From an uncultured delta proteobacterium (GTDB lineage Bacteria; Myxococcota_A; Polyangia; Polyangiales; Polyangiaceae), in contig CAWJCS010000002.1 of NCBI GenBank assembly GCA_963841435.1, positions 1,131,418 to 1,195,417 on the forward strand: a stretch of 64,000 nucleotides of DNA, written 5' to 3'. Positions 40,487 to 50,200 of this stretch are shown one piece after another. The position numbers were made by a program, and so were the translations under genes. Below the pieces are notes generated by a model that was given only the letters and a program-made list of their open reading frames with translations, was not told the origin of the DNA and searched no databases. Positions within the stretch are counted from its first letter, which is position 1. Each line of letters opens with the position of its first letter.

Positions 40487-41867
40487 CTAGTTCTCGTCGA
40501 GCCGCAGCACGCCATCCTCGCGCTTCACCAACATCATCAAGACGATCTCACCACCGACGGAGAACCGGATCGTCGCACTCTCCCCGAGCCGTCCCGTGCT
40601 GAACGTTGCGTGGTCGATCTCGGCCTTTGGCGCCTGGCGGGCAAAACCCAAGCTTAGCCTCACGAGCTCGGGCGGGTTTCTCACGCGCTGCTTCCAGGAA
40701 AGCACGGCCTTATAGCGCTCCAGGTCGCCCGCTCGGGCGATCTCGGTCAGCTCGCGCACGAACGCCCGCGCCTCGGCCTCGGTAGGCGGTGATTCGACGG
40801 AGGTGTCGGGGAAACGGTGCTCGGGTGCGGCGGGCGTCATCGAGAAGGGGAGGCTGGGCGTGTTTCCCAGCGCGGTGCAGTCGGGACCGAGGTGCAGGAA
40901 GCCGTGCTTCTGCGAGACCCACACGTCCCGCTCGCCGCTGCCCCATACGGCGCCCGCTCTTACCCCATCGACCATCGACCAGCCGCGCCCGTCCCAAACG
41001 AAGAGCTCTCCAAAAGTCAGCGCCCAGAGCGCCTGCGGGCTCGGACCCCAGAACCGCTGCACTCTGAAGGCGGGAGGGAACGGCACCGTTGACCAGCGAG
41101 CACCGTCGTAATGAACGACGATGCCGAAGTCGCCGGCGGCCCAAACGTCGTTTTCGGCGAAGGCCCAGAGTGCGAACAGGTGCTCCTTCGTCGGCGAGTC
41201 CACGCGGTGCCAAGCGTTGCCGTCGAAGTGGTGAAGCTCGCCCCAGAAGCCCGCGGCCCAAACATCCCGTGCGCTCGTACCTGCGAGGGCGGTGACGCCG
41301 TGCTGGCGCTGGTCCTCGGGCGCGGGCTCGAGGAAGGCCACGAGCTCCCAGCCGGTGCCGCGAGAATGGAAGACGCCGTGCGAGGAGCCCGCCATCCAGA
41401 ACGTCGTTGCGAGCGCTCCCCCAGATTTCACCGGCCGCGCTCGGCGTCTTGGATGTAGAAAACTGGGCGCCATCCCAGTGGAGGAGGGTCCCGGACTGTC
41501 CTGCGGTGATCCGAACGTCGTCCGCGCCGCTGCCCCAGACACCGGTGAGCAGGGTGTGCTCGGTTCGCTCCGTCTTCCAGGTGCGGCCGTTGAAATGGTG
41601 AATGGCTCCGCCCGCTCCCCAGAAGCCGACGGCCCACACGTCGTCGGGGCTCGCTCCCCAGATGCGACCGACGCCGTAAATGTCGGGGGCGTACGGCTTC
41701 CAGCACAGCGCGGGCGGCGGGGGCTCGGGGTGGGCGGCGGCTGGGGTTGCCGCGCTCGGAGGGGGGCCAGCGGGGCGAGGGGGCCGGTGTGGCGTGCACG
41801 TGCCGAGGCAGAGCGCGAGGGCGACGGTGCAGACCGCCAGGTCGCCCCTGATTTTGGACGTTGGCAC
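40487..41867 (-). CDS. Exported W-G-S-x-x-x-D-V-W repeat beta-propeller protein, one frameshift
   Basis: Repeats IWGASPDDVWAVG, VWGSGADDV, LWAFAENDVWAAG, VWGSGERDVW across two frames; join at ~41400 restores GSARNDVWMAG. Confidence 0.75.
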
Positions 41868-42104
41868 CCTCGTGATGAGAGCACGGACCCTCAGCGCGTG
41901 GCCACCTCGAGCGTTGGGCGCCAAGCAAGATAGAACTGGACGAATTCCGCCCCGACGAGCTCCTCGCTCGGAAGGAACGCCGTTGGAGTCGCCCGCACCA
42001 CCCTCACCGCTCGCGGCGTCGCCCTCGACGCCCAGGGTCATCTCTGACCCCGACAGTGCCGCTGCGGCCGCCACTGAGGTTCCCACGCAACAAAACTGAC
42101 TCCT

Positions 42105-44309
42105 ATGGTGGGGGCCGGGCGTCTTTGTCTTGTTCGAGACACGGAAGGCTCCCGCTTGTCGTTCGCCCAATTTTCGCAGGCTTTAAAGCCAGGCCCCTTT
42201 CAGGTAGCCGCCATCGTGGGTCTCGCGGCCGCGCTCGGGGTTGCGCCGGCGTCGGCCGCGCAGACGGACATCACCATTTCGATGGATCCGCCGCCCGCCG
42301 CACCGCGCATCAACGGCCCGAGAGTCGTCGGCTGGCGACCGGGGACACCCTTTCTCTACGCCATCGCGGCGACGGGAGCGTCACCACTCGCATTCGCAGC
42401 CACGGGCCTACCGAACGGGCTGTCGATTGACTCTGGCTCCGGAGTGATTTCCGGAACCGTGCCAGCAGCCGGCTCGTATCCCATCGGCATCAGCGTCACC
42501 AACGGGGCCGGCAGCGCCGACGCGACACTCACGCTCGTGGCCGGCGACACGCTGGCGCTGACGCCGCCCATGGGCTGGAACAGCTACGACTCGTTTTACG
42601 CGAACGTCAAAGAGGCGGACGTGCTCGCGGCCGCCAACGCGATGAAAGACGTGCTCCAACCGTTCGGTTGGAACACGGTGGTCATCGACTACCTCTGGTA
42701 CGATCCGGAAAAGATCATCGACGCCAACGGGAGGTGGTTGCCGTCGACGAGCAAGTATCCGAACGCCAACGGCGCGGGCGGCTTCAAGCCCCTCGCCGAT
42801 CAGATCCACGCCCTCGGACTGGGTTTCGGCATTCATCTCATGCGTGGCATCCCGCGCGTCGCCTTCAACCAGGACAGCCCCGTCGCCAACGCGAGCTACT
42901 CGGCGAAGGACGCCGGAAACTCCGGCAACGTCTGCCCGTGGGACGACCACATGTACGGCGTCAGGGGCGACACCGCGGCGGGCCAGGCCTGGTACGACTC
43001 CATCTACTCGCAGTACGCGGGGTGGGGCGTGGACTTCGTCAAAGTCGACGACATGATGAACCCGTACGGGGGCAACGTGCTCCACGACAACGAGGTGGTG
43101 GCGGTCCACGACTCGCTCCTCAAGACCGGGCGCTCCATCGTCCTCAGCCTTTCTCCGGGTCCCAACCAGCCAGGCGACGTTCAGGTTCTCAACGCGAATG
43201 CCAACATGTGGCGCACGGTGAACGACTTCTGGGACACGAACGGCCTGAGCACCATCGGCGACGAGTTCACGGCCGCCAACAACTGGGCCCAAACCGCGGG
43301 CATCACCCCGGGACACTGGCCGGACGCCGACATGCTGCCGCTCGGAACGGTCGGCAATCGCCCGTGCGCGTTCAGCCACAACCAGCAAGTCATGGTCATG
43401 ACCCTCTGGAGCATGATGCCGTCGCCGCTCATCTTCGGGGGCCAACCGACCAAGCTCGCCGGTGACGCCTGGACCACCGCGCTCCTCACCAACGAGGAAG
43501 TGCTCGCCATCAATCAGGACGCGCTCGGCAGCCGCGGCAAGCGCATCGCGCAGCAGGGCTCGACCGAAGTCTGGGCGAGGGATCTATCCGGCGGGCGCAA
43601 GGCCGTGGCGCTCTTCAACCGCGGGACACAAGACGCCACGGTTTCGGCCAGCCTGTCGGCGCTCGGCGTGTCCGGTATGGTGACGGTGCGCGACCTGTGG
43701 CGGAAGCAGGACGTGAGCGGGGTGACGACCGACATTTCGGCGAACGTCCCGCACGAGGGAGCGCTGATGTACACGGTGGCGCCCCCCGGCACCGAAACCG
43801 GGGGCATGGGCGGCATGGGAGGCGCGAGCGGTATGGGGGGCGACGGCGCCGTGGGCGGAATGGCAGGAATGGCGACCGGAGGAAGCCCGGCCGGTGGCGA
43901 GGGGGGCAACCTAGCGGGTGGCGGCGGCGCAGCGGGGATGGGAATGGGAGGAGCGTCGGGTGCCGGGGCCAGCTCGGCGTCGGGCGGCAATGGGGCTGCC
44001 GGGCTCGCGGCGGGCAGCGGCGCGGCGGCCGGAAGCGGAAACGGGGGGCAAGCTGCGGGCACGTCGGACGGTGGCGCGTCGAACGCCGGCGGGGCGATTG
44101 CCGGCGCGGGTGCTAGCTCGCCCGCTGGGAACGCAGGCGCGTCCGGGGCGCGTGCGAACACGGTCGGAAGCGACGGCGGCTGCTCCTGCAGGGTCGGCTC
44201 GCGCACGCGCCGCACTCCGGGCTTGCTGCTCGCGTATGGCTTGCTCCTACTCTCGGTTGGTGCTCGAAGGCGCAAGCGGCGTCGGCTGCGCCACCTGCCC
44301 GGCTGCTGA
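42105..44309 (+). CDS. GH27 glycosidase with N-terminal Ig-like (He_PIG) domain and MYXO-CTERM-like anchor
   Basis: ATGLPNGLSIDSGSGVISG, TPPMGWNS, GIHLMRGIPR, WGVDFVKVDD, WPDADMLP; Gly linker; GGCSCRVG + TM + RRRKRRR. Confidence 0.92.
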   Translation: MVGAGRLCLVRDTEGSRLSFAQFSQALKPGPFQVAAIVGLAAALGVAPASAAQTDITISMDPPPAAPRINGPRVVGWRPGTPFLYAIAATGASPLAFAATGLPNGLSIDSGSGVISGTVPAAGSYPIGISVTNGAGSADATLTLVAGDTLALTPPMGWNSYDSFYANVKEADVLAAANAMKDVLQPFGWNTVVIDYLWYDPEKIIDANGRWLPSTSKYPNANGAGGFKPLADQIHALGLGFGIHLMRGIPRVAFNQDSPVANASYSAKDAGNSGNVCPWDDHMYGVRGDTAAGQAWYDSIYSQYAGWGVDFVKVDDMMNPYGGNVLHDNEVVAVHDSLLKTGRSIVLSLSPGPNQPGDVQVLNANANMWRTVNDFWDTNGLSTIGDEFTAANNWAQTAGITPGHWPDADMLPLGTVGNRPCAFSHNQQVMVMTLWSMMPSPLIFGGQPTKLAGDAWTTALLTNEEVLAINQDALGSRGKRIAQQGSTEVWARDLSGGRKAVALFNRGTQDATVSASLSALGVSGMVTVRDLWRKQDVSGVTTDISANVPHEGALMYTVAPPGTETGGMGGMGGASGMGGDGAVGGMAGMATGGSPAGGEGGNLAGGGGAAGMGMGGASGAGASSASGGNGAAGLAAGSGAAAGSGNGGQAAGTSDGGASNAGGAIAGAGASSPAGNAGASGARANTVGSDGGCSCRVGSRTRRTPGLLLAYGLLLLSVGARRRKRRRLRHLPGC

Positions 44310-44396
44310 CCGGCCTGCTACGCGGAGCGCGCATCAAACCGTGGTTCGACGAGCTCCGGATGCCTGGGCTCTCTGGCTGTCACAAACACCCTTCCG

Positions 44397-44955
44397 ATGA
44401 AACCGGGCTCGGGTTTCTGGGGCTTGCTCCTCGCCGCGGCAGCCGGGTCGGCGAGGCGGGCTCTCTCATCCCGCCCGGGCTCGAGAGCGTGCCGTTGGTC
44501 GAGGTCGGCGGAGGCGTCTACGAGTGTCCCTGCGTTTCCGGTCCCGAGGGTCGCACGGAGGCGCGGGCTCAGGAGGGACGGACCGAGTCGCGGGCTCCGT
44601 CCGGGGCCAGCGAACGCCGTGGCCCCCAAGGTCTTACCGAGGACCGGAACGCCGCCGGCGCGGCAGAACGACGTGGTCCCCAGGGCCTGACCGAAGAGCG
44701 CGGATTGCAAGGTGTGGCTGAGCGTCGTGGCCCTCACGGTCTTACTGGGATCGCGGGCCCAACGGCCTCACCGAGGCGCGCGGCCCGTCGGGCGCGAGCG
44801 AGCGCCGAGGCCCCCACGGCCTGACGGAGGAAACGGAGGTGAGTTGTCGCACCGACCGCTCTTGTCGCGGCTTTACCGTGCAAGCGCGGTCGGCCCCTAC
44901 CTCCTACTACTTCCACGGGGAGCGATGGAACGTCAGAGGCCATTGCGTCGAGTGA
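44397..44955 (+). CDS. Small secreted protein with ~10 tandem 9-aa repeats, two apparent frameshifts
   Basis: MKPGSGFWGLLLAAAAGSA signal; shift ~44452; repeats EARAQEGRT/ESRAPSGAS/ERRGPQGLT...; shift ~44747; C-terminus EVSCRTDRSCRGF...GHCVE*. Confidence 0.55.
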
Positions 44956-45079
44956 GCGTCCGGGACGTGCCCTCGAACGACTGAGACAGCGGATTGCTCG
45001 TCGCCGGCGAAAGCTCGTCCTGCGAACGACGCGAGGTTTGGGGGGCGGGAACGGCGGACGGAGCGCTACCGCCCCGGGC

Positions 45080-46825
45080 TCAAGGGCACGTGCCGAGGTC
45101 GTCGTTGCCGGCGATCTGCGGAACCTCGGTGATGTTCTCGACACCGATCAGGTCCCGCAGCCGCTCCGCTTCGCAGGTCGGCAGGCTCACGTTGTCGGTG
45201 ATGGCGAAAGACCCGTTCACACGCTGGAGCGCATCGAGCCCGTGAAGGCTCGCCAACGCGGTGTTCCCCGTGATGGCAAGATCCGCATCCAGAGCCGTGA
45301 GTTGCTCGAGCCCCTCGAGACCAAGCAGCGCTAGGTTGTCGCTGATGGTCAGCGTGCCCAGGCTGGTCAGAGCATCCATGCCGGCCAGATCCGACAGGCC
45401 CGGGCTCTCCGTGACGCTGAGCGCGCTGGCGTTCACGAGACCAGCTAGGCCCGCGAGGCTCTGCAGCTTGGGGCAGTCCGCGATGTACACCCAACCGGCA
45501 GCCGTGAGTTGCTCGAGCCCGGTGAGGCTCGTGAGCGCTGGATCGCCGGAAACCTGCAGCGAGTAGTCGGCGCTCTCGAGGGCGTCGAGGCCACGAAGGT
45601 CCGTGAGGTTCAAGTTGACCAAGAACAGATCGCGTACAGTTCGCAGGTTCTCCAGGCCGTGGAGGCTCGTGAGCATGGGACAACTGAACACGTTGACGTA
45701 GCCGGCGTCGCTCAGATTCCTGAGTCCCTCGAGCGTCTGGAGCCGCGCGTTATCGTACACCTTGAGACTCCCGGACGTGAGGCCCCGCAGGCCTTCGAGG
45801 TCGACCAAGGCGTCGTCGTGGTAGATGGCCACTTCGGCGCCCTCGACGCCGTTCAGGGCATCCACCTCGCGGAGCGCGGGGTTTTCCGCAATCACGAGCC
45901 CAGCGGCCTTCACGAGACCCTCGAGCCCCGAAAGTGTGGAGAGTTTCTCGTTGTAGAAGACGACCAGACGACCGACGACGTTGGTCAGCGAGGACAGACC
46001 CTGCAGGCTCGTCAGCTGGTCGTTGGACTGGACCACCATGTCGCCGGCAACCGTCGCCAGCGAGCCCAGGCCTTTTAGATCCGACAGCGACGGAAGGTCG
46101 TAGATGCCGACGCTTCCAGCGACTTCCGCGAGCGCGTCGAGCCCTCGAAGCGTGCGCAAAGCCGGAGCGTCGGCGATTTGGAGACGACCGCTCACGAGCT
46201 TCAAGCATTCGAGCGCGCTGAGATCGGAAACCTCGCCCGAGATTTTCAGCGTTCCCTGGACGATGTCGTAGTAGCGCAGGCGCTCTACGTCCGACTGGTT
46301 CTCGAGCAGCACGTCCGCCCGCACGACATGAGCGTCGTCGCAGTGCGGATCGACGCTCGGCAGTCCGGCAACTCCGCCAAAGCCCGCACCGCCGAAGCCC
46401 GCGCCTCCAACACCGGCTGCCCCCGAGGCGTCGCCGCCGAAGCTCGACCCACCGAACCCGGCGCCACCCACCGCCGCTCCGCCGAGGCCGCCTTCGCCTG
46501 AAGACGACCCGCCCACCCCACCCGCGTCGGTGCCGGCAACTCCACCGGACGGCACGACGTTCGTGCCACCCTCACCCGCGCCGGCCCCGATGCCCGCGGT
46601 GATCGCACCACCCGAGCCGGCGCCCGAGCCACCACCGACGACACCCGTGCCAGCGCGACCCCCGGTCACTCCCGCGGCGCCTGCCGGAGCGCCACCCCGA
46701 GCGGCGCCATCAGCGGGCGACTCCTCCACGGTGTGGCTGCGACCACCGCACGCGGCCACGACGAGCAACGCGAGGGCCGACACCCCCAGACCGCGCCGCA
46801 CGGACCGCATTCCGCTGTTCACCAT
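45080..46825 (-). CDS. Receptor-L-domain (LRR-like) lipoprotein
   Basis: VAAC lipobox; Gly linker; repeats NxxLxxLxGLxxLxxV; C-terminal NVSLPTCEA..C as in the 38.5-kb paralogue. Confidence 0.85.
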   Translation of the reverse strand: MVNSGMRSVRRGLGVSALALLVVAACGGRSHTVEESPADGAARGGAPAGAAGVTGGRAGTGVVGGGSGAGSGGAITAGIGAGAGEGGTNVVPSGGVAGTDAGGVGGSSSGEGGLGGAAVGGAGFGGSSFGGDASGAAGVGGAGFGGAGFGGVAGLPSVDPHCDDAHVVRADVLLENQSDVERLRYYDIVQGTLKISGEVSDLSALECLKLVSGRLQIADAPALRTLRGLDALAEVAGSVGIYDLPSLSDLKGLGSLATVAGDMVVQSNDQLTSLQGLSSLTNVVGRLVVFYNEKLSTLSGLEGLVKAAGLVIAENPALREVDALNGVEGAEVAIYHDDALVDLEGLRGLTSGSLKVYDNARLQTLEGLRNLSDAGYVNVFSCPMLTSLHGLENLRTVRDLFLVNLNLTDLRGLDALESADYSLQVSGDPALTSLTGLEQLTAAGWVYIADCPKLQSLAGLAGLVNASALSVTESPGLSDLAGMDALTSLGTLTISDNLALLGLEGLEQLTALDADLAITGNTALASLHGLDALQRVNGSFAITDNVSLPTCEAERLRDLIGVENITEVPQIAGNDDLGTCP

Positions 46826-47276
46826 CTCCTACCCACGCGGCGAGCATACACTCACCCACGCTCGCGTGGGCGGGTGGTTCCGCGTGGCGATCCGCCGGCT
46901 ACTGTTTGCGTCCGGGCGCTTTACCAAATTCCGTCTCGAGCCGCCTCGGGACAGAGTGCCCGTCGAAGCTCAATCGGCACACCGAAAAGGCGAGTGTCTG
47001 CGCTGCGCCCAGCCGCAGCGTCGCGTCGGCTGGGGTTCTTGCCCGAGTGGGCGAGCTCGTGGCTCGCCCACCCCGCCGGGGTGAGCTGCTCCGCAGTTCG
47101 TTCTTCCTTGGCGCCGCCACACTCCGAACGTGTATGACGGAGTAGCCTCTCCGTCGTCACGAACGACCTCTTCGACACGTGACGCTTCCCGAAGAGACGC
47201 TTGACGCGCGGCAACACCTAAGGCAGGAGTCGTCACACGGACGCGTGTCAAAGGGGCCGCGGAGGAGTTAGGGATC

Positions 47277-50200
47277 ATGGGCGGGCACGACAAACAGGGT
47301 GGGATTGGTGGAGCGAGGGCTTCGTGGTCGTTGGCACTCGCGGCGCTCGGGCTGGCGATTTTGCCGACGGGATGTGGTCCGAGCAAGTCGGACGGTGGTG
47401 TGGCGGAGCCCACCAGCACGGTCAGCTCGGCCCTCGTCGGCGCCGCGCTCACGCCAGCGCAACCCGGCATCACCTGGCACGGTCGCATGCAGGCCATCGA
47501 TATCGATCCGGCAAACCCCCAATTCGCGGTGGCTGCCAGCGATTACGGTGGAGCCTGGAAGACGACGAACGGAGGCGACACCTGGGAACGATTCGATGAC
47601 CTTTTCCCCAAGGGTCTCATGGACGTGGCGATCTGCCCCACCAACCCGGAGGTGATCGTCATCACGGCCTCGGGCGGCGGGGGGACCAGCTTGGCGACCG
47701 ACCCCGGCGGTATCTGGCGAACCGACGACGGCGGGGTGACGTGGACGCGGCCAACCATGAGCAACGTGGCCCAGGTTCAGTTCAGCGCGTACGGCATCGC
47801 GTTTCAGCCTGGCGCCGGATGCAACGCGGCATACATCGGGACTGACTTCGGCCTGGCGCAATGCAGCAGCGACGTGACGACCTGCACCAACATCGTCGTG
47901 CCGGTCGCCGGCGGGGCTGATCAGGTTTTTTCGCTCGCCGTGCAAGGGAGCGGAATCATCGATCTACACACCAACAATGGCCACCGTCGCTACGACGGCA
48001 CCACGTTCAGCCCGGTGCTGAACCCGCTCGGTGCGCCGCCTGGAACGCCGGGCGCACCTCCCGGCTTCTTCGCCAACACGCACACGATGGCCGTCTCGCC
48101 GCTCAACCCCAGCGTGGTTTTCGCGGTGTCGAACCGGCTCGTGCCCGACACCAACCCGCCCGGCAACCTCACGCTCAGCGACAGGGCGCAAGTGTACGAG
48201 TCCGACGACGCTGGCGCGACGTGGACGGAGCTCGGCAATCCCACCTTCGACGCGAATGGCAGGCCGGCGTTCGTGTTCGCAGTGCCCTCGCGGTCCGGGA
48301 ATGCCAATGAATTCGACCTCTACGTGGGCGATCGCGTGGACGTTTTCCGCCAAACCTGCACGGAGGCGGGCGGCGGCGGCCTGCGCTGCGCCGTCGGCAA
48401 CCCCGCCGATGTCCCGGACTACACGGTCACACCGCCCGCACTGCCCCCGCCGTGGGAATTCGTCACGCTCCGCCAGGGCGGCACGTGCGGGCGCCTCGGC
48501 GTCACGCCGTGCGCCCACCAAGATCCTTCGGACATGGTCTTCGATCCGATGACGAGCTGCCCGATGTTCATCGCCGGCGACGGTGGCGTGCTCAAGCTCC
48601 TCGGCGGCCGCCCAACCACGACCTGTGGGCAAACGGGTGACTACAGCATCAAGGGCACGATTCCCGCCCTGCAGCTCTACGAGATCACTGGCCAGGTGCA
48701 CCCCGGGGGGCCCGATCGCACGGACCTCTTTTTCTCCACGCAGGACGACGACATCTGGGCGTCGGCGAGCGGAGGCGACAACTGGGACGCGAACGTCGAG
48801 TTCGAAGGCGGCGGATTGCAGATCGCGCACAGCATGCCCGATCGGACGAACACGCTGTTGACCGCGTACACCTGCGCCGGCTGCTACAATTTCGAGGGCA
48901 CCTCCGCCTTCGCGAGCACCTCCGCGTGGGGTTGGCCCGACACGTTCGCAGCGCGAGTCGTGGGCAACCGCAAGGATCGAGTCATCTTCTCGTGCCCCGA
49001 CGACGACTTGGACGGCGTCTGCGACGTGTGCGTGGACACAGAGATGCCGCTCGGGCAATGCGACAAGGGCGCCGCGGGCGTCCCGTGTCAGGACGCGCAA
49101 GGGCTCGCGCTTACCTTCACGCCAGGCGACCCCATGCCCACCTGCGTCGGGCAGCCGTGCGTCAACAACTACAACAACACGAGCGGATCGGGCAGCGCCG
49201 ACGGCCTTTGCGATCCGATCGGTGGCATCAGCTTCCAGGCGCTCGCCCCGGTCGCGCTGCCCGATGGGAGCTGGTTGCAATGGGACGGCGGCTCGCGGAG
49301 CTTCGCCACGGCCAACGCGAGCCCGCCCGTGTCCACCATCCTGACCCCATCTCAACTGTGGATGAGCGACGTAGGTGGCCTGAACTGGGCGCCGGTGCCG
49401 GTTATCACGCTCGGCAACCCCGGGGACACGGAGGCGCTGACCGAGTACGCGAACTGGATCGGCGCCGTCGCGTCGGGGCCGGGTGGCACGCTGGTGTTCT
49501 ACCAGCCAACGTCCGTTCCCGACGCCGGCGGTAACCGCACCAACGGCCTGCGCCGTGTCAACGCCCTCACCTCGGGGACGCCTGTCTTCGCACGGGCCGA
49601 CGTGGGGCTGCCTTCGCTCACCAGCGCGGCGGCGGGCTACATCGGTGTCGCTGTCGATCCCACTGATTCCACGCGGCTCCTGGCCGAAACCGTGGCAGGG
49701 ATCCGCATCAGCAGCGCGAGCGGCAGTAGCTGGAACACCAGCGCGGGCACGAGCCAACTCGACACGCTCGTCGGCGCGGGCGGTCGCATCTACCCCGCCG
49801 TGTCCGCGATTGGGTTCGACAACGCCAACGGCAACCGCATGCTCGTCGGGACCCACGAGGGAGGCGCACTCGCGTCACTCGACGGTGGAGCCACGTGGGC
49901 CCGGCTGTGCGGCTCGGCGCGCGTGCCGCTGATCACCAAGTTCTTTTTCGATGAGGTCGAGAACCACACCTACCTCTCGTCTTTCGGCCGGGGGATCTGG
50001 TACGTGGATCCGACGCAGCGCCAGGTGCCCGAGTTCACGACGTTGCCTCACAACGTCACGGCGTACGACTGCGGGCCCGTCAACATCGGAACGGCCTCGG
50101 CGTCCGATGCCTGTCAGATCGACTCGACCGCCATCAGCGTGACGGCGGCCGCGGATTCGGCCTATGGCGATCCGGACTACGGTTGCCAGACGGGCGTGCG

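Noticed and set aside
44558-44830. CRISPR array
   Set aside because: Period is 27/54 bp with third-position variation and no unique spacers; it is a coding repeat, and no cas genes are present.
46885-46927. c-di-GMP-I riboswitch on the minus strand (GGTAAA...GACGCAAA)
   Set aside because: Only ~7 nt separate the two motifs; there is no P2 stem with GNRA tetraloop.
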